NCBI GenBank assembly: GCA_016748015.1
Contig: JAAOMT010000115.1
Location: 1 to 10,448 of the forward strand
Length of the DNA: 10,448 bases
Direction of reading: 5' to 3'
Source: Geosiphon pyriformis uo1
Lineage: Eukaryota > Fungi > Glomeromycota
Both the position numbers and the translations under genes were made by a program. The notes below the pieces were generated by a model that worked only from the letters and a program-made list of their open reading frames with translations, had not been told where the DNA came from and ran no database searches. Each line of letters opens with the position of its first letter. Positions within the stretch are counted from its first letter, which is position 1. This document shows positions 8,069-10,448 of the stretch, piece by piece.

Positions 8069-10448
8069 CCCCCCCCCCACCCCCTCATAAGCATATGTTT
8101 GTTGGGTAGTGGTAAAGACTGTTACATTCTAGTAAGGACAAGTATAGGCTGGCATATTGCATAGAAAGTGCTTTGGTTTGTTGGTTTAATTGGTTTTTTT
8201 TTTCAAATTGGATTGGAGCTTTAGTAAGTAATCGTCATATTTAGTACCATTCCTATAGGTCCCTAGAGATAAGGTCTTGAGGCCCATCGTCTCTCATGAC
8301 TGCATTATCCTTAGAGAGCGCCAGTAGGTATGGGTATTGAACAGTTCGGTTCACCATTCCAGGTACAAAGGGCTTATGTATTCAGCAACAGTAGTAGTAT
8401 GGATAAGCAGTCCATCATAGGTATGTAAATACTTGATATCCAATATGGTAAGGGATCCCCTTAGAGAGTCTAATAACTGTCGCATAACAGTCGTATGAGG
8501 CCATAGGGGAGAGGACCTGTCTTTTGTAGTAGCCATCCATACTCTAGGAATAGGGTAGTAAGGGATCCCTATAGCAAGTACAAGTACACTAGTATACCAC
8601 GCAGCCCTTGGAAATAGGGCAGGCCATTCATACAAGTCTTGCAAGTCTGATATGCATTGCATAGTAAGTATTCCATAGGTAATGGATACCCCCCAGTACC
8701 TACAGTCTAAGCGAGTTCACTATAGATAAGTGGATCTTGCAGGAAGTAAGTAGGACAGCCAGTTGTTCTTTGAAATCGCACTCGCGTTGTAATGCGCACT
8801 GTAGTGCTGCTACATAGGGGCCTGCAGGATCTGCAATCTCATATAGCCGCAGATTGGCCATGATTTGTGACAAGTATTGGCGCATATGTTGTACCATGAA
8901 GCATCATTTTCAGAGTATCCTTACCAATGGTTTAGTACCCATAGCGGCCAGATCAATGATACAAAGTTAAGGGTATGGGAGTACAGGACTTGGCATATGA
9001 GGCCTTAGAATACAGGGTATTAGTACATCCTATAGCAAGTACAAGTCATGAGTATCTGGCAGTAGTATTTTCTCTAGATAGGATGCCCCTCTACCCCCTC
9101 GCAAGTACATATGTATACAAGTAAACAGGCCTTGTATAGGGACAGGCCCCAATAAAGCCGTTATTCTAGTCTGATGGCCCATACCATGAGTTAAGATCTG
9201 CTTAATAATGCGCCTCCTTTAGGGTAAGGATTGGGATAAAGAAGACAGATGCAATCACTATATAAGCAGTCTACAGGGGTATGCAAGTAGTAGGAAGAGT
9301 TGAGTACCTCTGGATTTTGATTATGATAGGTAGAGTAACAAGTACTGATCTAGCTATGCCCTCCGTCATGATAGGTATTGCAAAGGGTGGTGGTATTCTT
9401 TAGGGTGTCAAAGCGAGATTCTTTAGCATACTGGGAATGGTTGTGTGGTTTTGTGGAGCTCCCTCTGGAAATGAGTACTCATGAGCTTTAAAATCCCTAG
9501 TCAGATCCCCATACAAATTAGGATCCACTGTCTAGTCTATTGTCCTATACCTACAACCTCTAATGAGTCAGTACCTGCCCAGTATCTTACAGGATTCGTA
9601 GTGCTGAGCAGTAAATCGTCGGTTATTGCAGGATCCTTCCTATACAGGGACTACTAACCAAGTAGTCCTTAAATAGAAGTACTCATAAATACGGAGTCCT
9701 TGGGCGCAATTATAGGTTCCTTCCTCCAATCTACATGCTGTACAATCTTCATTAGTTTACAGGTACCAGGGGAGTACTCAATCAGGGAGGTTCTGGTAGG
9801 ACTGCGTTCGCATCGCAGTGCAAATACGGAGTCCTTAATAAAAGATCTATCTCAGTAAAGAACCTCCCTCCCTTTGAAAGCCTCATTGTTGAGCACTTGC
9901 CTCAGATATACAAATGGGTATATGACAACTGCTTACCTTATGAGTTCATGGGTACTCTGTAAGGATCGATCTCCTGACCTAGTATATGAATGAGTCTAAC
10001 TGATAACTGAAGTCTAGTAGGCATATCACTAGGAGCACAGTCCTTGTTGAGGCCCTATTAGGGAGACCTATACTATAAGTACAACCCCCAATAGGTATAC
10101 TTGCCAGTCCTATAGACTTACATCTTGGATAAGCCGATATCTAGGGAGATAGGGAGTAACTACGCGCTTTGATCGCCTATCCTTAGGGGGGTCGTCTTTA
10201 GCTATCCGTTTAGATAAATAGTTGCATATGGATATATAAGTTAGTCATAGGGTAAGGATTGGACCCTGGTAATACTTGCAGCTTTAGCACAGTACTCTAG
10301 ATAGGTAATAGCCAAGTACAATAGAGGTGGACATCCTGAAGTCATAGCAAGTTATAGTGGGTGTACAAAGGGTCTTTTAGTAGACTTGCGCGCAAGAGTA
10401 TAGTCATAAAGGGTCCTCAGGATCGAGGTCCTTCAGTACCCCCCCCCC
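8069..10448. repeat. Long direct repeat, copy 2 (2380 bp, module A)
   Basis: Matches 1-2380 and runs to the window end, so the true repeat boundary is not visible. Confidence 0.97.
8208..10439 (-). pseudogene. Second copy of the degenerate coding region at 140-2371
   Basis: Lies within the second repeat copy (offset 8068). Confidence 0.45.

Noticed and set aside
1-10448. Canonical LTR retrotransposon with 2.4-kb LTRs
   Set aside because: No gag, protease, RT, RNase H or integrase motifs were found. The repeat extends to both window edges and includes the PPT-like tract in both copies. No TG...CA boundaries, PBS or target-site duplication can be shown.

Overview
The window has an A-B-A layout. 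Bases 1-2380 recur, identical wherever I compared them, at 8069-10448 (period 8068 bp), and the repeat runs to both window edges. It is therefore an ~8.07-kb circular or tandem unit, or an assembly overlap, rather than a bounded LTR element. I recognise no intact gene, rRNA, tRNA, CRISPR array, RT, integrase or transposase. The DNA is strongly CpG-depleted and TpA/GTAC-rich, and it carries short GT-AG intron candidates. Long reading frames are interrupted mostly by TAA/TAG, with occasional TGA, and they read as plausible proteins once TA is reverted to CA. The best reading is a eukaryotic, probably fungal, multi-gene repeat unit inactivated by RIP-like C-to-T hypermutation. It holds about four gene relics of unknown function: three on the minus strand and one plus-strand island at ~3180-4780. 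The unit is punctuated by strand-polarised poly-C/C(n)A tracts, and the same 15-mer AGTA-C10-A sits at both A/B junctions. Exact frames, gene boundaries and products are uncertain.
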